A stretch of DNA of 64,000 nt from Calditrichales bacterium (GTDB lineage: Bacteria; Calditrichota; Calditrichia; Calditrichales; J004). The translations under genes and the position numbers were made by a program. Numbering within the stretch: the stretch's first letter is position 1; every line of letters begins with the position of its first letter. The notes under the pieces were generated by a model, which did not search any database, had not been told where the DNA came from, and worked only from the letters and a program-made list of their open reading frames with translations. The stretch lies in contig OZ254086.1 in assembly GCA_965267575.1 (NCBI GenBank), positions 1,024,001 through 1,088,000 of the forward strand, given 5' to 3'. Positions 21,277 to 30,132 of the stretch are shown here, one piece after another.

Positions 21277-21277
21277 A

Positions 21278-21305
21278 AAAAGGATGTCCGTTCGGACATC
21301 CTTTT
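21278..21305. terminator. Bidirectional intrinsic terminator
   Basis: AAAAGGATGTCCG-TT-CGGACATCCTTTT. Confidence 0.85.
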
Positions 21306-21433
21306 GCAGAAAGGAACAGCATATGAACAAGTGGTTTAAGCCCAGCACAAACCGACTGATAGAGGCTTTTCAGATCAACCTGCTTTTCAGCCTGCTTTTT
21401 TCGCAATCCATCAGCGGGCTTTTAGGATTCTGA

Positions 21434-22186
21434 TTATTCTACCGCGGCCTTGAGATATTCTCTGCGCATACGCGCTATGGCCGATATTGATATTTCTTTC
21501 GGACACACAGCCTCACACTCACCAATATTTGTACACGCGCCAAACATCTCTTCATCCATTTGCGCCACCATGCGCTCTACGCGACGGCTTGCCTCCACAC
21601 GGCCTTGCGGCAAAAGCGCATACTGCGAAACCTTGGCGCCGACAAAAAGTGAAGCAGACGCGTTGGGACAAGCGGCAACACAGGCACCGCAACCTATACA
21701 GGCTGCCATATCAAAAGCCTCGTCGGATTTATCCTTTGAGATGGGTATGGCGTTGGCATCCGGGGCGCTGCCCGTGCGTACGGAGATATATCCGCCCGCG
21801 GCCTGGATGCGATCGAATGAACTGCGATCCACAACCAGGTCTTTAACAACCGGAAAAGCCTTTGCCTTCCACGGTTCGATAAATATGGTATCGCCATCTT
21901 TAAAAGCGCGCATGTGCAGCTGGCAAACCGTTGTTCCGCGCCAGGGACCATGCGGCACGCCATTCACAACAAGCCCGCATGTTCCGCAAATACCCTCACG
22001 GCAATCGCTGTCAAACTCCACCGGCTCTTCACCCTTTGAAGTTAACTCTTCATTCAGCACATCCAGCATTTCCAGAAAAGACATTTCCACAGAAACATCC
22101 TTTACCTGGTAATCGACCAGTTTGCCGGGACTGTCAGCGTTCTTCTGACGCCAGATTTTCAATGTCAGATTCAGTGTTTTTTCCAT
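21434..22186 (-). CDS. sdhB: Succinate dehydrogenase/fumarate reductase Fe-S subunit
   Basis: [33 protein letters not shown]. Confidence 0.95.
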   Translation of the reverse strand: MEKTLNLTLKIWRQKNADSPGKLVDYQVKDVSVEMSFLEMLDVLNEELTSKGEEPVEFDSDCREGICGTCGLVVNGVPHGPWRGTTVCQLHMRAFKDGDTIFIEPWKAKAFPVVKDLVVDRSSFDRIQAAGGYISVRTGSAPDANAIPISKDKSDEAFDMAACIGCGACVAACPNASASLFVGAKVSQYALLPQGRVEASRRVERMVAQMDEEMFGACTNIGECEAVCPKEISISAIARMRREYLKAAVE

Positions 22187-22202
22187 TCTCACAGCTCCTT
22201 TT

Positions 22203-24116
22203 TTATTTATAGCTGCGTTGCGTCAGCTTCACGTTTTCGAAAACAAGCTCTTCTTTATTGAGCTTATGCTCCTTGTCGTCACCCTGGTATTCCCACACCG
22301 AGGCATAGGCATAATTGTCATCATCACGCAGGGCCTCGCCTTCTTCGGTCTGGCTCTCTTCACGGAAGTGACCGCCGCAGGATTCACTGCGATCCAGGGC
22401 GTCTCGCGCCATCAGTTCGCCCAGCTCAAAATAATCCGCCACGCGGCCGGCCATTTCAAGGCTTTTGTTAAGGTCCTTATCACTGCCCGGAACATTGACG
22501 TTCTTCCAGAAATCTTCTTTCAGCCTGGGTATCTCTTCAAGCGCTTTTTTCAGGCCCTCTTCCGTGCGCGACATACCTACATAATTCCACATGAGCTTGC
22601 CCAACTCGCGGTGGAACTCACGTACCGTTTTCTTTCCCTTTACAGCCAATAATTTTTTTACGCGATCGTCTACTTCGGCGCGTACGGCTTTAAAGGCTTC
22701 CGTGTCGGTCTTCAGTTCATCGGCGGGTGTTTCAGCCAGGTAATCGCCCACGGTGTAAGGCAGCACAAAATAGCCGTCAGCCAATCCCTGCATCAGAGCG
22801 CTGGCTCCAAGGCGGTTAGCTCCGTGGTCGGAGAAGTTGGCCTCGCCAGCCACGTATAAGCCCGGGATATTACTCATCAGGTTGTAATCAACCCACAAGC
22901 CGCCCATTGTATAGTGCACCGCCGGGTAGATGCGCATCGGCACCTCGTAAGGATTCTCTCCGGTAATTTTCTGGTACATGTCAAACAGGTTGCCATAGCG
23001 GTCTTCAATAGCTTTGCGGCCGAAATACTCAATGGCATCACGAAAATCCAGGTAAACGGCCAGGCCTGTTTCCCCCACGCCATAGCCGGCGTCGCAGCGC
23101 TCTTTGGCATTACGCGATGCCACATCCCGCGGCACCAGGTTTCCAAAGCTGGGATAGCGCTCTTCCAGATAGTAATCGCGCTCATCGTCCGGTATTTCGT
23201 TGGGCGGACGCTTGTCGCCTTTCTTTTTGGGCACCCAAACGCGTCCGTCGTTACGAAGGCTCTCGCTCATCAGGGTAAGCTTGGACTGGTGATCACCGCT
23301 TACCGGAATGCAGGTGGGGTGAATCTGCGTAAAGCAGGGGTTGGCAAATCCGGCGCCTCGTTTGTGGCAGCGCCAGGCCGCCATCCCGTTGGAGTTAACG
23401 GCGTTTGTGGAAAGATAGTAAATCGTGCCGTAGCCGCCCGTCGCCAGGATAACCGCGTGGCCGGCATGGGATTCAATTTCGCCGTTGGTCAGGTTGCGGA
23501 CCACGATACCTTTGGCCTTGCCATCTTCCACAACCAGGTCCAGCATTTCGCGACGGGAAAACATTTCCACCATGCCCTCATCCACCTGGCGCATCATGGC
23601 GCTGTAGGCACCCAGCAAAAGCTGCTGGCCTGTCTGTCCGCGGGCATAAAACGTACGTGAAACCTGTGCCCCGCCAAAAGAACGGTTGGCCAGGTAGCCG
23701 CCATATTCGCGGGCAAAAGGCACACCCTGGGCCGTAGCCTGATCGATAATATTATTGGCCACTTGCGCCAGCCGGTAAACGTTGGCTTCGCGCGAGCGGT
23801 AGTCGCCACCCTTGATCGTATCATAAAACAGGCGCCAGATGCTGTCGTTGTCGTTGGGGTAGTTTTTAGCCGCGTTGATACCGCCCTGTGCAGCGATACT
23901 GTGGGCGCGGCGCGGACTGTCCTGGATGCAGAACACTTTCACATTATAGCCCAGTTCCGCGAGCGACGCGGCAGCCGAACCACCAGCCAGACCGGTACCT
24001 ACAATCAAAACCGTATACTTGCGCTTGTTTTTAGGATTTACCAGCTTGAGCCCCGATTTATGCTTATCCCATTTTTCGGTCAGGGGTCCGCCCGGTATTT
24101 TGGATTCGAGTTTCAT
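22203..24116 (-). CDS. sdhA: Succinate dehydrogenase/fumarate reductase flavoprotein
   Basis: [45 protein letters not shown]. Confidence 0.96.
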   Translation of the reverse strand: MKLESKIPGGPLTEKWDKHKSGLKLVNPKNKRKYTVLIVGTGLAGGSAAASLAELGYNVKVFCIQDSPRRAHSIAAQGGINAAKNYPNDNDSIWRLFYDTIKGGDYRSREANVYRLAQVANNIIDQATAQGVPFAREYGGYLANRSFGGAQVSRTFYARGQTGQQLLLGAYSAMMRQVDEGMVEMFSRREMLDLVVEDGKAKGIVVRNLTNGEIESHAGHAVILATGGYGTIYYLSTNAVNSNGMAAWRCHKRGAGFANPCFTQIHPTCIPVSGDHQSKLTLMSESLRNDGRVWVPKKKGDKRPPNEIPDDERDYYLEERYPSFGNLVPRDVASRNAKERCDAGYGVGETGLAVYLDFRDAIEYFGRKAIEDRYGNLFDMYQKITGENPYEVPMRIYPAVHYTMGGLWVDYNLMSNIPGLYVAGEANFSDHGANRLGASALMQGLADGYFVLPYTVGDYLAETPADELKTDTEAFKAVRAEVDDRVKKLLAVKGKKTVREFHRELGKLMWNYVGMSRTEEGLKKALEEIPRLKEDFWKNVNVPGSDKDLNKSLEMAGRVADYFELGELMARDALDRSESCGGHFREESQTEEGEALRDDDNYAYASVWEYQGDDKEHKLNKEELVFENVKLTQRSYK

Positions 24117-24129
24117 AGTGCGTCTCCTG

Positions 24130-24804
24130 TCAGATTATGTACATATAGATGGGTATACCGATAAAGCCGGCGGCCAGCGCGATGGCCAGAATGGTACCCA
24201 GCGTATACATAAGTGGTGTAAACTTTTTGCCAAACAAACCCAGAGATTGAAAGCCGCTCCAGAAGCCGTGGCTAAGGTGCGTTCCCAGCAAAACCATCAT
24301 AATGACGTAGTAGGCCACGTTAAGCGGACTCTGATAATAATCGTAAACCGTTTTGTAAAGATCGCGCATCTGCTGGCCGTCAATCTCGGTGTAATGAACG
24401 GGACCGAATTTGAAATTGTTAATATGCAGCACCAGGAAAACCGCCAGCAGGATACCCGTCCAGATCATCGAAGCGGTGGCGAAGCCTTTCTGGCGCTGCG
24501 GGACACCGGCGCTTTTATGGACGGCGTAACGGCTGGGCCGCGCCTTACGGTTTTGTACGGTCGCTACAACAGCATAGCCGATATGCAATAAAAGTGAGAT
24601 CACCAGGACGGCCTCCATAAAATAGACCAGTCCTTTGAGATTCTCCGTTAACAGGTAGGTGTATTTATTGAACGCGACCGGATCGTAATACAAAGCGAGG
24701 TTGCCTATCAGGTGCATTATAACAAACAGCACCCAAAACAGGCCCGTTATGCCCAGCAGATATTTTTTACCGAGCGTGGATGTGAATACTTTGGAAATCT
24801 GCAT
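24130..24804 (-). CDS. sdhC: Succinate dehydrogenase cytochrome b subunit (b558 family)
   Basis: Five hydrophobic segments with His ligands ([17 protein letters not shown]); first gene of the sdh operon. Confidence 0.92.
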   Translation of the reverse strand: MQISKVFTSTLGKKYLLGITGLFWVLFVIMHLIGNLALYYDPVAFNKYTYLLTENLKGLVYFMEAVLVISLLLHIGYAVVATVQNRKARPSRYAVHKSAGVPQRQKGFATASMIWTGILLAVFLVLHINNFKFGPVHYTEIDGQQMRDLYKTVYDYYQSPLNVAYYVIMMVLLGTHLSHGFWSGFQSLGLFGKKFTPLMYTLGTILAIALAAGFIGIPIYMYII

Positions 24805-24889
24805 CGATCCATCTCCGAGTTTGAATAATTGTTAAACGTCTTGAAACGGGCGGTTATTCGTTCGCGGGCATTACCCACAGTAAGGCTTA

Positions 24890-24918
24890 AATTTACGCCA
24901 CTCATAACACATCGGCAA
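24890..24918 (-). promoter_or_regulatory. Putative sigma70 promoter of sdhCAB
   Basis: TTGCCG-17 nt-TAAATT on the minus strand. Confidence 0.45.
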
Positions 24919-24937
24919 ACAATTTTAGCCCTTCTTT

Positions 24938-26065
24938 TTAGTAGTAGATTGTTTTTAAGCCGCGCGGCGCCCCGTTTTTAATCTCTGTGGCGATTACCTC
25001 GGTGGAAATCCTGCCCAGCAGCTGGCCGCGGTCGGTTTCCACGCTAACGCGCCATTCCCCCGCCTGCACGTTCTTTTTCCAGGTGTAGCCGCGGTAACCG
25101 CCGTCGCGCCCGCCGGTAATCGGGAAAGCGTGGCGGTCCGTGCTGACCCACTCGCCGCTTTTTTCATCAAAATACTGCCAGTTATGCCAGATCTTCGTTT
25201 CCAGAGCGGTAGGCGCAAAAACCGCGCTGAAGCAATAGACCGTATCGCCTTGCTGATAATAAAAATTACTGTCGTCATCTTTAAACCATTCGTACCAGGC
25301 GCCTTTTTCAAAAGTAAGTGCGTATTCGCCGTTGCTGCGCTGCACATTGTGGTAGATGCCCCCTTCTTTCAAAGACAAGGGCACCGGGGGGATGATGTTC
25401 GTGAAGTAGAAAAGATTGTAGAGGAAAGCGATAATCCCCAGCATTGCCGCGGTGCGCCGTATCTTTAATACAGAAGGATCGGGAAGGCTTTTGACCAGCA
25501 GATAAAGCAATCCCGCCATGAGCGCGGAGCTTACAAAACCGCTGAGCAAAAAGACCCAGGCATTGATGCTTTTTACAAGAACCGGGATAAAAAACACAAA
25601 AAATGAATAGACCGCCAGGTAATAGATGGCAAATTGCAGGCGGATGTTGTAGAGCCGGTTTTTGATAAACTCGTTGCCGACCAGCAATCCCGCGAGCAGC
25701 ATCAGGAAAAGCCAGCTGCGGTCCAGTGAGGCGCTGCGAAAATAGAACACCACAAAACTGCTGAACAAACCGCCAAAGAGAAACTGCAGCAGCAGCGGAT
25801 ACCAATCATCAAAACGCACCAGCCAGCGCGGGTTCCAGCGATCCTGCTGCTGCATATTTATTAGGTATATCAGAAAACCGGCAAAAAGCACATACAGGAA
25901 AAGAACAAGGTTTGTCAGAAAAAGGTCTATGCGGGTAAGCGTCAGGCTGTCCCAGGTAAAACCGGCCAGGAATGAGGCGACCGGGGCGTATTTCTGATTG
26001 CGCTCATAAAAAGCGCGGATGCGCGTCGTGGTGTCGCTGAATTTTTGAATGGCTCTGGATTTCAT
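24938..26065 (-). CDS. Membrane protein with a C-terminal DUF2914-like domain
   Basis: Several TM helices, then IPPVPL...YCFSAVFAP...GGRDGGYRGYTWK...GEWRVSVET. Confidence 0.8.
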   Translation of the reverse strand: MKSRAIQKFSDTTTRIRAFYERNQKYAPVASFLAGFTWDSLTLTRIDLFLTNLVLFLYVLFAGFLIYLINMQQQDRWNPRWLVRFDDWYPLLLQFLFGGLFSSFVVFYFRSASLDRSWLFLMLLAGLLVGNEFIKNRLYNIRLQFAIYYLAVYSFFVFFIPVLVKSINAWVFLLSGFVSSALMAGLLYLLVKSLPDPSVLKIRRTAAMLGIIAFLYNLFYFTNIIPPVPLSLKEGGIYHNVQRSNGEYALTFEKGAWYEWFKDDDSNFYYQQGDTVYCFSAVFAPTALETKIWHNWQYFDEKSGEWVSTDRHAFPITGGRDGGYRGYTWKKNVQAGEWRVSVETDRGQLLGRISTEVIATEIKNGAPRGLKTIYY

Positions 26066-26140
26066 GAAAGGGGCAACGCCGGTTCAGGTTACGTGCCCCT
26101 AATCTACGCACGGTTTGTTTTAGATAAAATGCAAAGGGCA

Positions 26141-26378
26141 AGAAATGTGCTAGCGTGTTAAGGTGTTAATGTGCTTCTCTTTTAGGGGAGTTGAGCGAAA
26201 GCGCTTTCCGTTGCGCCATGCCGGGAATCACCGAACGTAGATCCAGTTGCTGGCTGGCCGATAGGCCGGGATGACATCAAGCGGGAATATAACTGTCATC
26301 CCGGTCTTAGCACCGGAGTCTCTACACTCTTACAGCAAACACTAACACATTAACACTTTCGCACATTAACACATTTCT
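26141..26378. repeat. Inverted octamer-repeat arms enclosing a REP-like pair
   Basis: The ATGTGTTA-like units at 26141-26176 are inverse to the TAACACAT-like units at 26343-26378. Inside are ...CCGGGATGACA (26239-26276) and TGTCATCCCGG... (26294-26323). Confidence 0.8.
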
Positions 26379-26381
26379 ACA

Positions 26382-27317
26382 CTATCCTGCCATGGCGGCT
26401 TTGGCATAGACCCGGTCCAGCCAGAATTCATACCCGGACAGGCGGCCGTGTATAAGCTGATGATAAGCCTTTTGCAGATCGTCACAAACAAGCCCCATAC
26501 TGCCACTGCCAATGCGGCGGTGGTCTATTTCGCGAAGGGCAATGACCTCGGCGGCCGTGCCGCTTACAAAAACCTCATCGGCCACGTAAAGCTGGTCGCG
26601 GGTCAGTTCTTCCTCAACGACATGATAGCCCTTGTCACGTGCCAGCCGGATCACCGTATCGCGGGTAATACCTTCCAGGACGGTATTTTTGGGCGGTGTA
26701 TAAATAACGCCGTCACGCACGATGAATATGTTCTCACCGGTACATTCGGAGACGTTGCCGTGCAGGTCCAGCATGATCGCTTCATCAAAGCCGGCACGGA
26801 TGCTTTCCGTCTTGGCCAGCACCGAGTTGACATAATTACCGGCGATCTTTCCTTTGGTCATGGCAATATTCTGGTGGTGCCGCGGGTAGGATGAGACGTT
26901 GGCACGGACGCCGTTGTTAAGCGCCTCCTCGCCCAGGTAGTTGCGCCATTCAAATGCCGCGATGGAAGCTTCCAGACGGGTGTTGTCCACGGAAAGGCTC
27001 CAGCCGCCTTCACGAATATAGATCAACGGTCGGATGTAGCAATCTTCCAGTTTGTTTACGCGCACCAGCTCAAGCACCGCGTCATAAAGCAATTCCGGGC
27101 TGTAAGGCAGATCGCGGAATCCCAGGATTTCCGCGCTTTTGTAAAGACGGCGCAGGTGGTCTTTTAAACGAAATACGGCCGGACCGCTTTCTGTACTGTA
27201 AGCGCGTATGCCTTCAAAAACCGCCGTTCCATAATGCAATGAACTTGTCATAAAAGGCAGCAACGCCTTCTCCTCCTCAACGAGTCGTCCTTCGAACCAG
27301 GTAAATTTGGAGCTCAT
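26382..27317 (-). CDS. ilvE: Branched-chain amino acid aminotransferase
   Basis: LHYGTAVFEGIRAY, YIRP, KIAGNY, ECTGENIF, LEGITR, GTAAEV. Confidence 0.95.
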   Translation of the reverse strand: MSSKFTWFEGRLVEEEKALLPFMTSSLHYGTAVFEGIRAYSTESGPAVFRLKDHLRRLYKSAEILGFRDLPYSPELLYDAVLELVRVNKLEDCYIRPLIYIREGGWSLSVDNTRLEASIAAFEWRNYLGEEALNNGVRANVSSYPRHHQNIAMTKGKIAGNYVNSVLAKTESIRAGFDEAIMLDLHGNVSECTGENIFIVRDGVIYTPPKNTVLEGITRDTVIRLARDKGYHVVEEELTRDQLYVADEVFVSGTAAEVIALREIDHRRIGSGSMGLVCDDLQKAYHQLIHGRLSGYEFWLDRVYAKAAMAG

Positions 27318-27322
27318 CCCTG

Positions 27323-28912
27323 TTATCCTTTCGCTAATTGTTTCTGCTCTGAAAAAGCATAGAGTTTATAAAGTTTGTAATTCAGGCTGTCGCTCAAAGC
27401 CTGCAGGCTGGCCTTGATGATGTCCTCGGATAGACCCACCGTGGACCAGGCCTCATCGCTGTCGCCGGACTCCACAAGCACGCGCACCTTGGCGGCGGTG
27501 CCGTTCTTCTCACCCAATACACGCACCTTGTAGTCCAAAAGCTGCACCGCCGATATCTCGGGGAAGAAACGTAACAGAGCCTTGCGCAGCGCGTTGTCCA
27601 GGGCATTTACCGGACCGTTGCCGTCGCATGCGGTATGCTCTTCCTCATTGCCCACGCGCACTTTCAAAACCGCTTCGGAAAGGCCGTGATCCTGGTCGTC
27701 GCTAAAGGAGTTTACCTTTGCGTAGCCGATTTCGAAATAGGGTTCATAAACGCCCAGTTCCTTCTGTAGCAGCAACTCAAAGGAAGCCTCGGCGCCGTCA
27801 AACTGAAATCCTTCAAACTCTAGCGACTTAATATGCAGGACGAAGTTGCTGTTAAACTCCCGGCCACCCGGTATCTCAATGCCCAGTTCTTTTGCTTTGT
27901 AAAGAATGTTACTCTGCCCGGAGAGATCGGATACCAGCACGTTGCGCTTGTTTCCCACCCGCACAGGATCGATATGTTCGTACATGCGCGGGTCCTTTAG
28001 CACGGAGCTGACGTGAATGCCGCCCTTGTGCGCAAACGAAGATTTGCCAACGAAAGCCGCGCGGTTATTTGGCACCAGGTTAATCACTTCATAAACGAAA
28101 TGAGCCAGGCTCGTTAACTCGTTCAATTCAATTTGCGGATTTACTTTCTTTGCCTGTTTAAGCATCAGGTTGGGTATGACGCTGCACAGATTGGCATTGC
28201 CGCAACGCTCGCCGATACCGTTGATCGTTCCCTGCACGTGTGTCGCTCCCGCATCGACAGCGGACAGCGTGTTGGCTACAGCCAGCTCACCATCGTTGTG
28301 GGTGTGAATGCCCAGCGGGGCGCGCACATACGTCCTTACATTGCGCACAATCTCAGCTACTTCGTAAGGCAGCGAACCGCCGTTGGTGTCGCACAAGACG
28401 ATCGTTGAAGCGCCGGCATCTTCCGCCGCTTTAAGCATGCGCAGCGCAAATCTGCGGTCGTCCTTGTAGCCATCGAAAAAATGCTCGGCGTCAAAGATAA
28501 CATCGCGGCCGTGGGCCACAAGGAAGGCGACCGAGTTGTAGATCAGCGCCGCATTTTCATTGTCATCCAGCCCGAGGCTGACCTGCGAATGAAAGCGCCA
28601 CGTTTTGCCAAAAACCGAAACGCAGGGTGTTTCCGCACGCAGCAAGGCGTTGAGGTTGGTATCTTCACTGACCTTGCCGGGATAACGCGCGGTGGACCCG
28701 AATGCGCAAATCCGGGTCTGCCTGAGCGTTCTTGTTTTCACCGCGCGAAAGAATTCCTCATCTTTTGGATTGCTTCCCGGCCAGCCGCCCTCGATGATGT
28801 CAATGCCAAAATCATCCAGGCGTTCGGTTATTTCCAGCTTGTCATACAGCGAAAGCGATACGCCCTCGCCCTGTGTTCCGTCTCGTAGTGTTGTGTCAAA
28901 TAGCTCTATCAT
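27323..28912 (-). CDS. cimA: Citramalate synthase
   Basis: DTTLRDGTQGEG, EGGWPGSNPKD, DAEHFFDG, LCDTNGG, FAHKGGIH, GNGPVNALD. Confidence 0.92.
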   Translation of the reverse strand: MIELFDTTLRDGTQGEGVSLSLYDKLEITERLDDFGIDIIEGGWPGSNPKDEEFFRAVKTRTLRQTRICAFGSTARYPGKVSEDTNLNALLRAETPCVSVFGKTWRFHSQVSLGLDDNENAALIYNSVAFLVAHGRDVIFDAEHFFDGYKDDRRFALRMLKAAEDAGASTIVLCDTNGGSLPYEVAEIVRNVRTYVRAPLGIHTHNDGELAVANTLSAVDAGATHVQGTINGIGERCGNANLCSVIPNLMLKQAKKVNPQIELNELTSLAHFVYEVINLVPNNRAAFVGKSSFAHKGGIHVSSVLKDPRMYEHIDPVRVGNKRNVLVSDLSGQSNILYKAKELGIEIPGGREFNSNFVLHIKSLEFEGFQFDGAEASFELLLQKELGVYEPYFEIGYAKVNSFSDDQDHGLSEAVLKVRVGNEEEHTACDGNGPVNALDNALRKALLRFFPEISAVQLLDYKVRVLGEKNGTAAKVRVLVESGDSDEAWSTVGLSEDIIKASLQALSDSLNYKLYKLYAFSEQKQLAKG

Positions 28913-28926
28913 TTTCGCTCCCTTCT

Positions 28927-29006
28927 ACTAATCTTGATCATGATCATGCTCCTGCTCATGATCTCAGAACCATCTTTTTCATTTTCTTTTTCTTTATCAT
29001 TCTCAT
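28927..29006. repeat. Degenerate hexamer tandem repeat (NNNNTC)
   Basis: ctaatc ttgatc atgatc atgctc ctgctc atgatc ... tttttc attttc tttttc tttatc attctc. Confidence 0.65.
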
Positions 29007-29022
29007 TGCTGCTCCCGTCAGT

Positions 29023-29184
29023 AGATCCCGGTGTTGGCTATTCGCCAAACCCCACAAAGAGACATCGGGACAGACCGGGATGATAGCAAAGGTGGTACGC
29101 CTGTTACCCCGGCCCCGGCACCGGAGCCTCTTCACCCTCACAGCCGGAGATCCCGGTGTTGGCATTCGCCAAACCGGGATGACA
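29023..29184. repeat. REP-like three-arm module between leuD and cimA
   Basis: AGATCCCGGTGTTGGC...GCCAAACC...GGGATGA at 29023-29085 and 29148-29184, with an inverted arm at 29102-29131. Confidence 0.8.
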
Positions 29185-29191
29185 AGGCAAC

Positions 29192-29755
29192 TTATCCCGC
29201 AATCAGTCCCGTCTTGCGGGCAAAGGGGAACAGTCCGCCGGCCTCGATAACCGGCAGCACATCGCCCAGCTCGTTCAGGCGCCACTCTTTGCCGCTGCCG
29301 TGGTTTCGCAAAACCGACGCCTCCAGATCGACCTCCAACTCATCGCCGCTAGCTACCTGTGTATTGAGACCCGTGGGTCCTTCCAGCGGCAACACAAAAC
29401 CGCCATCAACGGCGTTACGGTAAAAAATGCGCGCGTACGATTCGGCGATCACAGCTTTTACGCCAGCCTTCTGCAAAGCAAACGGCGCGTGCTCCCGCGA
29501 TGAACCACAGCCAAAATTCGAGCCGCCAACAATTATCCGGAATTCCGATAAATAGTTATCGCCCTGAATAAAAGGAATCCCCCCTTTGGGCAACCCCGAT
29601 TGATTCAGCGGCACCGCCGAGAGGGCAAAATGCCCGTACTTTTTGGATTCTTCTTCGTCGGCCATGTTATAAACCAGGTGTTCCGCCGGGATGATCTGGT
29701 CGGTATCGATGTTATTTCCAAGAACAAATGCTTTTCCGCGTATGGTTTTCTGCAA
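29192..29755 (-). CDS. leuD: 3-isopropylmalate dehydratase small subunit
   Basis: NIDTDQIIPA, NFGCGSSREHAP, SYARIFYRN; TTG start. Confidence 0.93.
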   Translation of the reverse strand: MQKTIRGKAFVLGNNIDTDQIIPAEHLVYNMADEEESKKYGHFALSAVPLNQSGLPKGGIPFIQGDNYLSEFRIIVGGSNFGCGSSREHAPFALQKAGVKAVIAESYARIFYRNAVDGGFVLPLEGPTGLNTQVASGDELEVDLEASVLRNHGSGKEWRLNELGDVLPVIEAGGLFPFARKTGLIAG

Positions 29756-29838
29756 TTTATTTTTCTCCTTTTTTATTTTCAGGCAGTGGCGGCCATGTGG
29801 TGAACCTGTCTTTCTCCGGATATCTTATTGAATGTGTT

Positions 29839-29879
29839 CTCCCCTTCCCTTGGCCAAGGGAAGGGGTTGGGGGATGGGT
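29839..29879. repeat. Second-family palindromic REP-like element
   Basis: CTCCCCTTCCCTTGGCCAAGGGAAGGGGTTGGGGGATGGGT. Confidence 0.7.
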
Positions 29880-29920
29880 TTCCAAGCCGTGCTACCCAAT
29901 ATCCTTCCCGTTTTAGCGGA

Positions 29921-30055
29921 AGATCCCGGTGTTGGCTTGTCGCCAAACCGGGATGACATTCTAGGAAGCACTTGTCACCCCGGTCTTTGCACCGGGGTCT
30001 CTTAATGCACACCGCAGCAGATCACGGTGTGGCCTGGCCGCCAACGGGGATGACA
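29921..30055. repeat. REP-like three-arm module between leuC and leuD
   Basis: Arms at 29921-29958, 29973-30002 (inverted) and 30019-30055; same family as 29023-29184. Confidence 0.8.
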
Positions 30056-30132
30056 GCTCCGGCCTTTACAATTCCCCTTTGGTTCTCCCTTCCACTGATT
30101 CATTAGTTCAACAATCCATCAATTCATTTTCT

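Noticed and set aside
28873-29285. ORFs 28873-29250 and 28956-29285, and likewise 29779-30012
   Set aside because: They are translations of repeat-filled spacers or overlap leuD and cimA, with low-complexity products and no RBS support.
29023-30055. Repeated 37-bp units as a possible CRISPR array
   Set aside because: The units alternate in orientation, are degenerate and irregularly spaced, are split by leuD, and have no cas genes nearby. They fit REP-like elements.
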